The position numbers were made by a program, and so were the translations under genes. From the NCBI GenBank assembly GCA_964250925.1, contig CAXUHU010000003.1:25327-89326 (forward strand): DNA of 64,000 bases. Direction: 5' to 3'. This stretch comes from an uncultured Acetobacteraceae bacterium. Its GTDB lineage: Bacteria > Pseudomonadota > Alphaproteobacteria > Acetobacterales > Acetobacteraceae. Shown here piece after piece: positions 19,634 through 30,250 of this stretch. The notes beneath the pieces are model-generated. The model did not search any database and was not told where the DNA came from. It saw nothing but the letters and a program-made list of their open reading frames with translations. Numbering within the stretch: the stretch's first letter is position 1; the number at the start of each line of letters is the position of its first letter.

Positions 19634-19969
19634 TCACTTGGGCGCAGCCAACGCCGTTCGCGGCGGCAGCGTGCGCCCGGTGCCGAGCACGATGGGCGCC
19701 GGCTTTGCGTGCGTCTTCAACTCGGCTTCCAAAGCGCGGGCGCGGCGTTCGGCCTGCCGGTGACGGTTGCGTGCGGCCACCGTGCCGAACCAGACGAATA
19801 GCGCGCCCAGGAAGAAAAACAGGCCAGAGGCAGCGAGGATGGCCAGGGAGACGGGCACTTCGACCGAGTAGTCGGTCGGCCACAACCCCAATGGCACAGG
19901 TTGCGGATTCGAAAGCGCGAACGCGATGAGCAGAACCAGGAAGGGAAGCAGGATGACGAAGCGGAGCAT
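19634..19969 (-). CDS. lapA: Lipopolysaccharide assembly protein LapA domain protein
   Basis: FALSNPQPV plus two TM helices; follows ihfB. Confidence 0.75.
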   Translation of the reverse strand: MLRFVILLPFLVLLIAFALSNPQPVPLGLWPTDYSVEVPVSLAILAASGLFFFLGALFVWFGTVAARNRHRQAERRARALEAELKTHAKPAPIVLGTGRTLPPRTALAAPK

Positions 19970-20001
19970 AGGGCCGTTATCCGATGGCTTGGCGCCGAAA
20001 G

Positions 20002-20325
20002 CTACAGCGTGGAACCCGCCTGCCGGCTCGATCGCCGCCCCCCGGCGTTGACCCGCTCGCGAAGCTCCTTGCCGGCCTTGAAGAAGGGAACCGCCTTCTC
20101 GTTTACCGGCACGGCTTCCCCGGTGCGCGGGTTGCGGCCGGTGCGCGCGTCACGCTGCTTGACGGTGAACGCGCCGAAGCCGCGCAGCTCGACCCGGTCG
20201 CCCCGCGTGAGTGCGGCGGAAATCTCGCCGAACACGGTATCAACGATACGCTCCACGTCCGGCGCACGCAGGTGCGGATTGGAGGCGGCCAATTCGGCGA
20301 TCAGCTCCGACCGGGTCATTGGCAT
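20002..20325 (-). CDS. ihfB: Integration host factor subunit beta
   Basis: [38 protein letters not shown]. Confidence 0.95.
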   Translation of the reverse strand: MPMTRSELIAELAASNPHLRAPDVERIVDTVFGEISAALTRGDRVELRGFGAFTVKQRDARTGRNPRTGEAVPVNEKAVPFFKAGKELRERVNAGGRRSSRQAGSTL

Positions 20326-20373
20326 GTCCTGAGGCGGAAGCAGCCGGAAAGCCTTACCAGCACAGCTATACCC

Positions 20374-21285
20374 TCAGTTGCCCATCACCGAAGGCTGCCA
20401 GAGCGCATAAACACCGTCAACGTGAAGTGATTGGCGAGCGGCCAGGATCAGGCTGCCCAGGCTGGTCTGCACGAGTTGCTGCCAGTAGTCGCCTTTCTTA
20501 TCCTCGCGCACCGGCAAGCCCGCCTCAATGTGGCGCTGCGTTTGCAGCCAGTGCAACGCCTGATCTTCGCCGCCGATCTCATCGACCAAGCCCAGGCGAA
20601 ACGCCTGCCGGCCGGTATAGGCCCGTCCGTCGGCCAGCGCCTTCACACGCACCACGTCCATGTGCCGACCGGCGGCAACCAGGCCGACAAACTGGTCGTA
20701 GAGGTCCATCACCAGGTTTTGCAGATATTCGCGTCCGGGTGCCGAGAGCGGCTGCGTGAAGCTCGGCTGGCCCTTCAGCGGGCCGGAAACCAGCGGATCG
20801 GAACGTATGCCGAGCCTGTCGAGCAGGCCTGCCACGTCGCCCAGTTCCAGTATTACGCCGATCGAGCCGGTCAGCGTGCTTTCGCGTGCCACAATGTGCG
20901 GTGCGGCCACCGCAATCATGTATCCGGCCGAGGCTGCCGTGCCATCCATGACCGAGACCACCGGCTTGGCCGCTGCAAGCCGTGCCACGGCATCGTGTAT
21001 GCCCTCGCCGCCCGACACTGCGCCGCCCGGGGTATCCAGATGCAGCAGAACGGCGCGCACGCCGGGGTCGTCGCGGAGCTTGCCGAGCGCTTCGATCTGT
21101 TCGCGCCCGTCGCCAATCACGCCGTCTATCGTGTAGCGTGCGATCCGGGCGCCGGTCAGACGACTGCGATGCGGAACCACCGCCAGGGCTGCCAGCACAA
21201 GGGACAGCACGGCCAGCACGCGCCAGACAGCGAGGCTACGCTTCAGACGGCGGCGATCGATCAGGCTGTCCACGTCAAGCGCCAT
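20374..21285 (-). CDS. sppA: Signal peptide peptidase SppA (S49)
   Basis: DTPGG, AASAGY, TGSIGV. Confidence 0.92.
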   Translation of the reverse strand: MALDVDSLIDRRRLKRSLAVWRVLAVLSLVLAALAVVPHRSRLTGARIARYTIDGVIGDGREQIEALGKLRDDPGVRAVLLHLDTPGGAVSGGEGIHDAVARLAAAKPVVSVMDGTAASAGYMIAVAAPHIVARESTLTGSIGVILELGDVAGLLDRLGIRSDPLVSGPLKGQPSFTQPLSAPGREYLQNLVMDLYDQFVGLVAAGRHMDVVRVKALADGRAYTGRQAFRLGLVDEIGGEDQALHWLQTQRHIEAGLPVREDKKGDYWQQLVQTSLGSLILAARQSLHVDGVYALWQPSVMGN

Positions 21286-21535
21286 AGGCCATGCCTTTCG
21301 ACCAGATCAACCTGTCACAAACTACATTGTCGTGGGGGCAATTGCTCGTTCACCATACGCCTGGGCGCACCGGCCATTCGGCGTCGGCCTTCCAGCGCCC
21401 AGACACCGGCCTCAGAACCAGGGAAACGACACACGGGGGACGACACGAAGGAGGTGACGTGGGGTTCACGCCCTCCTCCTCCATGTCCTTGATCATCCTC
21501 TTGCGTGTTTACACCTAGGCAAGAGGCCCTGCCCC

Positions 21536-23254
21536 TTATTCGCTCTGCTGGTTGCGACGGCGGATCGCTGCACCCAGGATATCGCCGAGGCTGGCACCGC
21601 TATCGGTGGCGCCGAACTCGGCCATTGCCTGTTTGTCGTCTTCCAGTTCGCGGCCCTTGATGGTCAGGCTCAGCTTGCGGGCGGCGCGGTCGATGGCTGT
21701 GATCTTGGCATCCACCTTCTCGCCCACGGCGAAGCGGTCGGGCCGCTGGTCGCTCTTCTCGCGCGACAGCTCGGCCCGGCGGATGAACCCGGTCAGCACG
21801 TCGTCGATCTTCACCTCGATCCCGTTGGCCTGCACGGCCGTGACGATGCAGGTGACCACTTCACCCTTCTTCACCTTCGACATGCTTTCGGCAAACGGAT
21901 CTTCCTGCAGCTGCTTGATGCCGAGGCTGATGCGCTCCTTCTCGGCATCGACATCCAGCACGCGGGCGGTCACCATGCTGCCCTTCTCGTAGGCGTTGAT
22001 CGCGGTCTCGCCGGCCTCGTCCCAGCTGATGTCGGACATGTGGACCATGCCGTCGATCTCGGGAGCCAGGCCGATGAACAGGCCGAACTCGGTGATGTTG
22101 CGCACCTCGCCCTCGACCGTGCTGCCCACCGGGTGCTCGTCGGCAAACTGCTCCCACGGATTGCGCTGCACCTGCTTGAGGCCGAGGCTGATTCGGCGCT
22201 TGGAGGCGTCCACATCCAGCACCATCACGTCCACCTCCTGCGAGGTGGCGACGATCTTGCCCGGGTGCACGTTCTTCTTGGTCCAGCTCATCTCGCTGAC
22301 ATGGACCAGGCCCTCGACGCCGGCCTCCAACTCCACGAAGGCGCCGTAATCGGTGATGTTGGTGACGCGGCCGCTGAACTTGCCGTTCGGCGGATACTTC
22401 TCGGTCACACCCTCCCACGGGTCGGCTTCGAGCTGCTTCATGCCAAGGCTGATGCGCTGGGTGTCGGCGTTGAAGCGGATCACCTGCACGCGCACCTGCT
22501 GGCCGATGGTCAGCGCCTCGGCCGGGTGGTTGATCCGGCGCCAGGCGATGTCGGTCACGTGCAACAGGCCGTCCACGCCGCCCAGATCGACGAATGCGCC
22601 GTAATCGGTGATGTTCTTCACCACGCCGTCGAGGATCATGCCCTCCTTCAGGCCCTGGATCAGCTCGCTGCGCTGCTCGGCGCGAGTCTCCTCCAGCACG
22701 GCGCGTCGGCTGACCACGATGTTGCCGCGCGCGCGGTCCATCTTCAGGATCTGGAACGGCTGCGGCATGCCCATCAGCGGGCCCACGTCGCGCACCGGCC
22801 GGATGTCCACCTGGCTGCCGGGCAGGAAGGCGACCGCGCCGCCGAGATCGACGGTGAAGCCGCCCTTCACGCGTCCGTAGATGGTTCCATTCACCCGTGT
22901 ATTGGCCTCGAACTGCCGTTCCAGCAGCGTCCAGGCTTCCTCGCGGCGCGCCTTTTCGCGGCTGAGGATGATCGCGCCGTCACGGTCCTCGTAACGTTCG
23001 ACGAACAGCTCGATCATGTCGCCGGGCTTGATTTCCGGCTTCTGGCCGGGCTGGGCGAACTCCTTGAGCGCCACGCGCCCTTCGGATTTCAGCCCAACAT
23101 CGACGATGGCGAACTCGTCGGTCAATCGAATGACCCGCCCCGTGACGACGGACCCGTCGAAGCCGGTATCCCGGCCGAGGGTCTCGTCGAGAAGGTCGGC
23201 AAAACTTTCTTCGTTGCGTGAAGGACGTTCTAGGACAGCTGTGCTGGAAGCCAT
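21536..23254 (-). CDS. rpsA: 30S ribosomal protein S1
   Basis: Six S1 repeats (DVGLKSEG, YGAFVDLGG, RISLG). Confidence 0.98.
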   Translation of the reverse strand: MASSTAVLERPSRNEESFADLLDETLGRDTGFDGSVVTGRVIRLTDEFAIVDVGLKSEGRVALKEFAQPGQKPEIKPGDMIELFVERYEDRDGAIILSREKARREEAWTLLERQFEANTRVNGTIYGRVKGGFTVDLGGAVAFLPGSQVDIRPVRDVGPLMGMPQPFQILKMDRARGNIVVSRRAVLEETRAEQRSELIQGLKEGMILDGVVKNITDYGAFVDLGGVDGLLHVTDIAWRRINHPAEALTIGQQVRVQVIRFNADTQRISLGMKQLEADPWEGVTEKYPPNGKFSGRVTNITDYGAFVELEAGVEGLVHVSEMSWTKKNVHPGKIVATSQEVDVMVLDVDASKRRISLGLKQVQRNPWEQFADEHPVGSTVEGEVRNITEFGLFIGLAPEIDGMVHMSDISWDEAGETAINAYEKGSMVTARVLDVDAEKERISLGIKQLQEDPFAESMSKVKKGEVVTCIVTAVQANGIEVKIDDVLTGFIRRAELSREKSDQRPDRFAVGEKVDAKITAIDRAARKLSLTIKGRELEDDKQAMAEFGATDSGASLGDILGAAIRRRNQQSE

Positions 23255-23460
23255 GTGGGTGGTATTATCCTGTGAATGGCCGGGCGGTGCCGGCTCAGTC
23301 ATTGGTATGCGCCTGCCCGATCGGGGCACACGGCGTGCACGCCTGATGGCGGGCCTATCTAACGAAAACAGGCCCTCAACCGAGCGGTTGGGACCGGGCC
23401 GGTGACGTAGCCCAACAACGCAGGAATTGCAACCTTTCCGGTCGTGCGACGCCGCTTTGA

Positions 23461-24117
23461 TCAGACGGATGTCGGCTCGCCGGCAGCCAAGCCCTGGCCC
23501 AGGACGTGCACCATTGCGGTGGCAAACGCCTGGTCGGCGTCCAGTTCCGTGGTGTCGAGAACGAATGCGTCGTGTGCCGCCCGCAGCGGAGCCGCGGCGC
23601 GCGAGGCGTCGGCGGCATCGCGCGCCTGCATGTCCTCACGTACCGTCTCGAAGCTGGCCGCCATACCGCGCGCCTGCATCTCCAGCCAACGGCGGCGCGC
23701 TCGGGCTTCGACGCTGGCCGTCACGAACAGCTTGGTCTGCGCGTCGGGAAAGATGATCGTGCCGATGTCACGCCCGTCCAGCACGGCGCCCGTTGCCCGG
23801 CCGAAGCTGCGCTGAAAGGCCAGCAGGGCGGCGCGCACCGCGGGGATGGAGGCCACGGCAGCCGCGGCCCTGTCGGCCTCTGGCGTGCGGAGATCGGTGC
23901 GCTGCAGATCGGCCGGCTGCAAGGCGAGCGCCTCGGCCTCGGCCTCGGCCGGGGGCGACGGCGCGCCGCCGGCCAGCCGCACGCGCCGGCCTACGGCGCG
24001 GTACAGCAGGCCGGTATCCAAATAGGGCAGGTGCAGGGCAGCCGCGAGGCGGCGCGCCAGCGTGCCCTTGCCCGCCGCGGCAGGGCCATCAATGGCCACG
24101 ATACGCGCCGCACTCAT
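23461..24117 (-). CDS. cmk: Cytidylate kinase
   Basis: [28 protein letters not shown]; ATGA overlap with aroA. Confidence 0.95.
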   Translation of the reverse strand: MSAARIVAIDGPAAAGKGTLARRLAAALHLPYLDTGLLYRAVGRRVRLAGGAPSPPAEAEAEALALQPADLQRTDLRTPEADRAAAAVASIPAVRAALLAFQRSFGRATGAVLDGRDIGTIIFPDAQTKLFVTASVEARARRRWLEMQARGMAASFETVREDMQARDAADASRAAAPLRAAHDAFVLDTTELDADQAFATAMVHVLGQGLAAGEPTSV

Positions 24118-25436
24118 CCGAAGCGGCAGCCCAGGCCGGCCATCAGGTCCATGAAACCAGGGAAGCTCGTATCGATGAAGGCCGTATCGTCCACCGCCAC
24201 GGGCGCCTGCGCGACGCTGCCCAGAACCAGGGCAGACATGGCCAGCCGATGGTCCATGTGGGTGGCGACCGTGCCGCCCCCGGCCGGCGGCCCGCCGGCG
24301 CCGTGCACCAGCAGGTCGTCGCCGACCACCGCGCAACGCACGCCGTTGGCGGTCAGCATCGCCGCGGTGGCGGCCAGCCGATCGCTCTCCTTGACCCGCA
24401 ACTCACCCAGGCCGCGCAGGCGGCTGGTGCCGGCAGCCGCCGCACAGGCGACGGCCAGGATGGGAAACTCGTCGATCATGCTGGGCGCGCTTTCGGGCGG
24501 GGTGTCGGCGGCGATGAGCGGCCCGGCTTCGGCGGTGATGTCGCCCACGGGTTCGCCACCCTCTATGCGCTCGTTTTGGCTGGCCAGCCGGGCGCCCATG
24601 GCGCGCAGCGCGTCGAACAGGCCGGTGCGCAGCGTATTCAGCCCAACACCGCGCACCGTCACACGCGAGCCGGGTGCCAGCAGCGCGGCCACGAGCGGAA
24701 ACGCGGCGGAGGAGGGGTCGCCCGGCACCGCGATGTCGGCCGCCATCAGTTCGGGCTGGCCCGTCAATGTTATGATGCGACAGCCGTCGGCCTGCTCTAC
24801 GGTCAGCACGGCACCGAAATGGCGCAGCATGCGTTCGGTGTGGTCGCGCGTGGGCACCGGCTCCTCCACGCGGGTCTGGCCGCGGGCGTTCAGGCCGGCC
24901 AGCAGGATGGCCGACTTCACCTGCGCGCTGGCCACCGTCATGCGGTGACGCAGCGGCATGGCGTGTGCGGTGCCGATGACGGCCAAAGGCAGCCGGCCGC
25001 CGGCACGGGCGGCAAACTGGGCGCCCGTCTGGCGCAGCGGCTCGGTCACCCGCGCCATCGGGCGCCGGCGCAGGCTGGCGTCGCCGGTGAGGATGCAGAC
25101 GATCGGGTGCGTGGCCAGCAGCCCAGCAAGCAGCCGTGCCGCGGTGCCGGAGTTGCCCATGTCGAGCACCTCTTCCGGCTCCCGTAGCCCGCCAATGCCG
25201 ACGCCCGTCACGCGCCACCGTCCGGGCGAGTCCTGGGCTACCTGGGCACCCAGCGCTCGCATCGCCGACGCGGTGCGCAGCACGTCCTCGCCTTCGAGCA
25301 GGCCGGTGATGCGGGTTTCGCCGATGGCCAGGGCAGACAGCATCAGGGCGCGATGGGAGATGGATTTGTCCCCGGGCACGCAGATGGTGCCGGATAGCGG
25401 GCCGGCGGGATGGGCGCCGAGGGGACGGGGGGACAT
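24114..25436 (-). CDS. aroA: EPSP synthase
   Basis: [32 protein letters not shown]. Confidence 0.97.
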   Translation of the reverse strand: MSPRPLGAHPAGPLSGTICVPGDKSISHRALMLSALAIGETRITGLLEGEDVLRTASAMRALGAQVAQDSPGRWRVTGVGIGGLREPEEVLDMGNSGTAARLLAGLLATHPIVCILTGDASLRRRPMARVTEPLRQTGAQFAARAGGRLPLAVIGTAHAMPLRHRMTVASAQVKSAILLAGLNARGQTRVEEPVPTRDHTERMLRHFGAVLTVEQADGCRIITLTGQPELMAADIAVPGDPSSAAFPLVAALLAPGSRVTVRGVGLNTLRTGLFDALRAMGARLASQNERIEGGEPVGDITAEAGPLIAADTPPESAPSMIDEFPILAVACAAAAGTSRLRGLGELRVKESDRLAATAAMLTANGVRCAVVGDDLLVHGAGGPPAGGGTVATHMDHRLAMSALVLGSVAQAPVAVDDTAFIDTSFPGFMDLMAGLGCRFG

Positions 25437-25584
25437 GGCGGCGCGGTAGCATGCGGAGGAAGGATGGTGAAGCGGGCGCCATTGACCGATGGCAGACGAG
25501 GGCCACCCGTTCGCGCCGATGGAGAACGATAGCTTCTACGAGCCGAAGCTAGCGTCCTCTAGCCGCCACCGACGCCGATATCGG

Positions 25585-26355
25585 CTAGACGCAAGAGGCC
25601 GCGAAATGCGGGTTGCGGTAATCCGGCTTGCCATAGCGGAACGCGCCGCCATCCAGCGTACGCACGTGCCCGCCGGCGGCGCGCAGCACGGCATGGCCGG
25701 CTGCGATATCCCATTCCATCGTGGTGCCCAGCCGCGGATACAGATCGGCCTCGCCGCGCGCCAGGAGGCACAGCTTCAATGAACTGCCAGCCGCGCGAAA
25801 GTTGGCGACCCTTCGGCCACCGAGGAACGTCTCCATCGCCGCCGCATCGCCGTGGCTGCGAGAGCCCACAACTGTCAGGCCCTCCTCTGGCGCCGCACGC
25901 ACGCCGATCGGCCGTTCGCCTGACTTGTCTTTCAGCACGGCCGAGCCGGGTTCTGCCCCGGCATAGGTTTCGCCCAGAGCGGGTACCACCACCACACCCA
26001 GCACCGGCACACCGTCTTCGATCAGCGCGATGTTGACGGTGAACTCGCCGTTGCCGGACAGAAACTCTTTCGTGCCATCCAGCGGATCGACCAGCCAAAA
26101 CCGCGTGCCGGTCACGTCCGGCGACAGACCCTTGGAGGCTTCCTCCTCCGAGACGACCGGTATATCGGGCGTGAGGTGGCGCAGCGCTGGCAGGATGATG
26201 TCTTCGGCAGCCTGGTCGGCCGCCGTCACCGGGCTGCCATCCGCCTTGGCGGTGGCCTGGGTTACGCCATAGAAGCGCATCGTGGCAGCCCCAGCCTCCT
26301 CGGCGATGGGCCTTACAGCGGTCAGCAGCCCGTTCAGGTCCAGTGGCTCGCTCAT
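25585..26355 (-). CDS. cysQ: 3'(2'),5'-bisphosphate nucleotidase
   Basis: VSEE, DPLDGTKEF, TMEWDIAAG. Confidence 0.93.
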   Translation of the reverse strand: MSEPLDLNGLLTAVRPIAEEAGAATMRFYGVTQATAKADGSPVTAADQAAEDIILPALRHLTPDIPVVSEEEASKGLSPDVTGTRFWLVDPLDGTKEFLSGNGEFTVNIALIEDGVPVLGVVVVPALGETYAGAEPGSAVLKDKSGERPIGVRAAPEEGLTVVGSRSHGDAAAMETFLGGRRVANFRAAGSSLKLCLLARGEADLYPRLGTTMEWDIAAGHAVLRAAGGHVRTLDGGAFRYGKPDYRNPHFAASCV

Positions 26356-27077
26356 CCGCGCAATCCTTCCGCTGCTGCCCGATCGACGAACCAGGTGATG
26401 TTGCCGGCCGCGGTGACCCGTGCTGCCGGCAGGGACCGGTCACCGTCGATCACGCGCGCGAGCACGCCGGATTTCGCGCCGCCGCCGACGAGAAACGCAA
26501 CCTGCCGACTGCATGCGATTGCCGGATAGGTCAGCGTCAGTCGTGGCTGCGGCACGCCTTCCGTCACCGGGGCCACCCAGGCCAGCGTTTGGTCCAGCGA
26601 CGCCGATCCCGGGAAGAGCGAGGCCGTGTGCCCGTTATCCCCAAGGCCGAGCAGCATGACGTCGAATAGCGGCCGCTCCATGTCCAACGCTTCGCGACAG
26701 TAATACGCCTGCAGCGTTGCCTGGTAGGCTGCCGGCGCGTCCTGCAAGGGGACGTCGGTAGGCATCGGGTGGATATTGGCCGGGGGCACCGGCACGTGAT
26801 CCAGCAACGCCAGCCGCGCCATCCTCCAGTTGCTGTCCGGACTGTCGGCCGCAACGAAACGTTCGTCGCCCCAGAACAGATGCGTGCGCCCCCAGGGAAA
26901 GCGACCGGCAAACGCGGGCTCGGCCAGAACTTCGTAAAGCCGCTTGGGCGTGGAGCCGCCGGACAGGGCGATGGCGAACGGCCCGGTGCTGGCTTCGGCG
27001 ATCCCGGTCAGCCACTCGGCCGCGTGCCGGGCTAGCGCCTCCGGGTCATCCAGCGTAACGATGGTCGATGCCGACAT
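26352..27077 (-). CDS. pgl: 6-phosphogluconolactonase
   Basis: ALSGGSTP, FWGDER, GHTASLFP. Confidence 0.95.
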   Translation of the reverse strand: MSASTIVTLDDPEALARHAAEWLTGIAEASTGPFAIALSGGSTPKRLYEVLAEPAFAGRFPWGRTHLFWGDERFVAADSPDSNWRMARLALLDHVPVPPANIHPMPTDVPLQDAPAAYQATLQAYYCREALDMERPLFDVMLLGLGDNGHTASLFPGSASLDQTLAWVAPVTEGVPQPRLTLTYPAIACSRQVAFLVGGGAKSGVLARVIDGDRSLPAARVTAAGNITWFVDRAAAEGLRG

Positions 27078-27079
27078 GC

Positions 27080-27889
27080 CTATTGCGCCTTGCCCAAGAT
27101 GAAGTCCTCCACCGCCTTGGCGAACCCTTCGTCCTCCGACGACGCAGTCACTTTGCCGGCCTGCTTCTGCACCGCCTTGCTGGCGTTGCCCATGGCGATC
27201 GAAAGGCCGCTGTGTTTGAACATGAGCACGTCGTTCGGCTGGTCGCCGATAGTGGCAATGGCGTCGGTGGGCAGGCCGAGCCGGTGGGCGAGGTAGCCGA
27301 TCGCGAAACCCTTGTTGGCTTCCGGATGCGTGATGTCGAGGTAGTAGGGCTGCGAGCAGGCGGCCGAAGCGCTATCGCCCAGCGCGTCCTGGACCTGTTT
27401 CTCGGTGGCTTCCATCTTGGCCAGATCGTCGCTGACGCCGACGATCTTTACGGCGTGGTCCAGCGCGCCGCCGAAATCCTGCACCGGCTTAGGAGCGAAC
27501 TTCACCGTCCATTCCTCGCGCGCCACGTGAGGCGCGTCCTTGTCGTGCACCAGCCAGTCCTCGCCGCTATACACCCAGGCGTCCAGTCCGGCCTGCTGCA
27601 GCAGGTCGATGCTGCGCTGGGCCACCGCGCGCGGCAGGGTGCGCGCCTCGATCGGCGAGAGGTCGGGGTTCACCCACATGCCGCCGTTGAAGCCGGCCAC
27701 CGGGGTATCGATCCCCAACGGCTCGATCAGCATGGCCATGCCGCGCGGCGGCCTGCCGCTGGTGATGGCGAAGCCGATGCCGCGCTGGCGCAACGCCTGG
27801 ACGGCCGCGATGGCGCGCTGCGTCAATATCTTATCCTTGGTCACCAGCGTACCGTCCACATCGGCCAGCACCAGCTTAATGTCGGCCAT
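27080..27889 (-). CDS. Cof-type HAD-IIB hydrolase (paralog 2)
   Basis: ADVDGTL, TSGRPPRG, IGDQPND. Confidence 0.9.
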   Translation of the reverse strand: MADIKLVLADVDGTLVTKDKILTQRAIAAVQALRQRGIGFAITSGRPPRGMAMLIEPLGIDTPVAGFNGGMWVNPDLSPIEARTLPRAVAQRSIDLLQQAGLDAWVYSGEDWLVHDKDAPHVAREEWTVKFAPKPVQDFGGALDHAVKIVGVSDDLAKMEATEKQVQDALGDSASAACSQPYYLDITHPEANKGFAIGYLAHRLGLPTDAIATIGDQPNDVLMFKHSGLSIAMGNASKAVQKQAGKVTASSEDEGFAKAVEDFILGKAQ

Positions 27890-28701
27890 CAACTTCCTCC
27901 GGTTGCGCGCGGGATGATGAACTGCTCCACCGCCTGCGCCCACCCGCTCTCCTGGTTGGTGGCCGTCACGTAATCGGCGCGCGCGCGCATGCCGGCCGGC
28001 GCCTGGCCCATGGCAATGCTGAACGCGGCCACGCCGAACATCGGCAAATCGTTGGCCATGTCGCCGATGCATGCGGTCTGGGAAAGTTCGACCCCGAGCA
28101 GTTGTGCCGCCTGGCGCACCGCCTCGCCCTTGTTGGCTTGGGGGTGGGTGATGTCGAGGTAGTAGTCTTGGCTGCGGTGCACCGAGGCGCGGTCGCCCAA
28201 CTGCGCCTGCAACGCCGTCTCGCACTCTGCCAGCTTTGCAAAATCCTTCGACGCGGCCATGATCTTGCCGGCTTTGTCCAGCACGCCGCCGAAATCGGCC
28301 ACGACCTGCGGCTGCATCTTCACCGTGTGCTGCTCCCAGTCGACGTAATCGCCGTCGGGCTTCGTCAGCAGCCATGCGTCGGTGGTGAACAGCCACGGCG
28401 CGATTTGCCGGCCATCCAGGTAAGCCAACGCTTCGGATGCCGTTTCGCGCTCCAGCAGCCTGGCTTGCAGCACCTTGCCCTCGCGCGACGTGAACACGCC
28501 GCCGTTGAAGCCCGCGCGCGGCGTCTCCAGCGCCAGGGCGGAGGCGAACACCTCTACGCCATGCGGCGGCCGGCTGCTGACCAGCACGAGTTTCACATCG
28601 CTTGCCGCAAGCCGGGCCGCCGCGGCGTGGACCGCCGGCGTCAGCTCCTTGTCCTTGGTGACCAGCGTGCCGTCTATGTCGGAGACGAGCAGGCGTATCA
28701 T
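27889..28701 (-). CDS. Cof-type HAD-IIB hydrolase (paralog 1)
   Basis: SDIDGTL, SSRPPHG, IGDMAND. Confidence 0.9.
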   Translation of the reverse strand: MIRLLVSDIDGTLVTKDKELTPAVHAAAARLAASDVKLVLVSSRPPHGVEVFASALALETPRAGFNGGVFTSREGKVLQARLLERETASEALAYLDGRQIAPWLFTTDAWLLTKPDGDYVDWEQHTVKMQPQVVADFGGVLDKAGKIMAASKDFAKLAECETALQAQLGDRASVHRSQDYYLDITHPQANKGEAVRQAAQLLGVELSQTACIGDMANDLPMFGVAAFSIAMGQAPAGMRARADYVTATNQESGWAQAVEQFIIPRATGGS

Positions 28702-30224
28702 CCGCCGATCGGTTCCCACACACGGCCGTTGTCGCGCAGCAACGCGTCCGCCTCCTCGGGTCCCTCGCTGCCGCCGGGATAGGGATGCACGTGGATATGC
28801 CCGTCATCCCAGGCGTCCAAGACGGGCTGCACCGCGCCCCAGCCGGCCTCCACGTTGTCGGCGCGCTGGAACAGCGTGGCGTCGCCGGTCAGGCAGTCGT
28901 AAAGCAGCGTTTCGTAGCCGGTGCTCGGCCCCTCGTGGAAATAGTCGGCATAGTTGAAGTTCATGCTGACGCCGCCCAGCCGCACGCGCGGTCCCGGCAC
29001 CTTGGCGCTGAACTGCAGGGTGACACCTTCGGTCGGCTGAATGTGCAGGAACAGGATGTTGGGCGTAAGCTTTTCTACCGGCGTGTCTCGGAACAAGGCG
29101 AACGGCGCCTGTTTGAAATGGATACTGATCTCGGTCTGCCGTCGCGCCAGCCGCTTGCCCGTGCGTATGTAGAACGGCACGCCGGCCCAACGCCAGTTGT
29201 CGATCCCCAGCTTCATGGCAAGGTAGGTCTCGGTGCTGGAATTGCGCTCCACGTCCGGCTCAGCCCGGTAGCCAGGCACCGTTTGGTCGCCATAATGACC
29301 TGCACGATACTGCCCGCGCACCACGTTCTGCACGGCCTGGCGGCCGGAAAGCGGATGGATTGCCTGGATCACCTTGGCTTTTTCCGAACGCACCGCGTCG
29401 GCATCAAATGACGTCGGTGCTTCCATCGCCACCATCGACAGCAACTGAAACAGGTGGTTGGGCACCATGTCGCGCAACGCACCGGTGCCTTCGTAGAACT
29501 TGCCGCGCTGTTCCACACCAACCGTTTCGGCGGCCGTGATCTGCACGTGATCGATGTTGTCGCGCTTCCAGATCGGCTCGAAGATGCCGTTGGAAAAGCG
29601 CAGCGCCATGATGTTCTGCACCGTCTCCTTGCCCAGGTAATGGTCGATCCGATAGATCTGGCACTCGTCCATGCAGCTCAGAAGCGCCGTGTTCAGCGCA
29701 CGCGCGCTGCACAGATCGTGGCCGAACGGCTTTTCCACCACCAGGCGGCGAAAACACCCATCCTGCCGCATCAGCCCCGCAGCATGAAGCTGTTGTGCTA
29801 GCGTTTCAAAGAAGCGCGAGGCGGTGGCGCAGTAGAATACGGCGTTGCCGTGGGCGGGCAGGGCCGTCCTCAGCAGTTCGAAACTGGCTGGATCGGCAAA
29901 ATCGCCGCGCTGGTAGCTGATCCGGTCGCGCATCCAGCTCCACGCGATTTCGTCCAGAGTCGCTTTGGTGTCGCCGCGCCGCTCGGTCACGAAATGCGTC
30001 ATCGCTTCGGTCAGATGCGCGCGAAAGGCATCGTCGTCCATCTCCCGCACATCGACGCCGATGATGCGGAATTCGTCGGCCAGCAACCCAGCCAAGCGCA
30101 GGTTGTAGAGCGCCGGCATCAGCAGCCGGCGCGTCAGATCACCGCCGGCGCCGAAGATGACGAAGCTGCACGGGGGCGCCTGCGGCGCGCGCGCCAACAC
30201 CGCGGGGTCGCCCAGCCGCGCCAA
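28698..30224 (-). CDS. zwf: Glucose-6-phosphate dehydrogenase
   Basis: IFGAGGDL, EKPFGHD, RIDHYLGKE, WRWAGVPF; TTG start after GGAGGAG. Confidence 0.96.
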   Translation of the reverse strand: MARLGDPAVLARAPQAPPCSFVIFGAGGDLTRRLLMPALYNLRLAGLLADEFRIIGVDVREMDDDAFRAHLTEAMTHFVTERRGDTKATLDEIAWSWMRDRISYQRGDFADPASFELLRTALPAHGNAVFYCATASRFFETLAQQLHAAGLMRQDGCFRRLVVEKPFGHDLCSARALNTALLSCMDECQIYRIDHYLGKETVQNIMALRFSNGIFEPIWKRDNIDHVQITAAETVGVEQRGKFYEGTGALRDMVPNHLFQLLSMVAMEAPTSFDADAVRSEKAKVIQAIHPLSGRQAVQNVVRGQYRAGHYGDQTVPGYRAEPDVERNSSTETYLAMKLGIDNWRWAGVPFYIRTGKRLARRQTEISIHFKQAPFALFRDTPVEKLTPNILFLHIQPTEGVTLQFSAKVPGPRVRLGGVSMNFNYADYFHEGPSTGYETLLYDCLTGDATLFQRADNVEAGWGAVQPVLDAWDDGHIHVHPYPGGSEGPEEADALLRDNGRVWEPIGG

Positions 30225-30250
30225 CTCCTCCGGCGTATGCAGCCGCGCGT

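Noticed and set aside
21445-21482. Hairpin between rpsA and sppA as a possible ncRNA
   Set aside because: It is a single imperfect stem that is more simply explained as a terminator or processing site.
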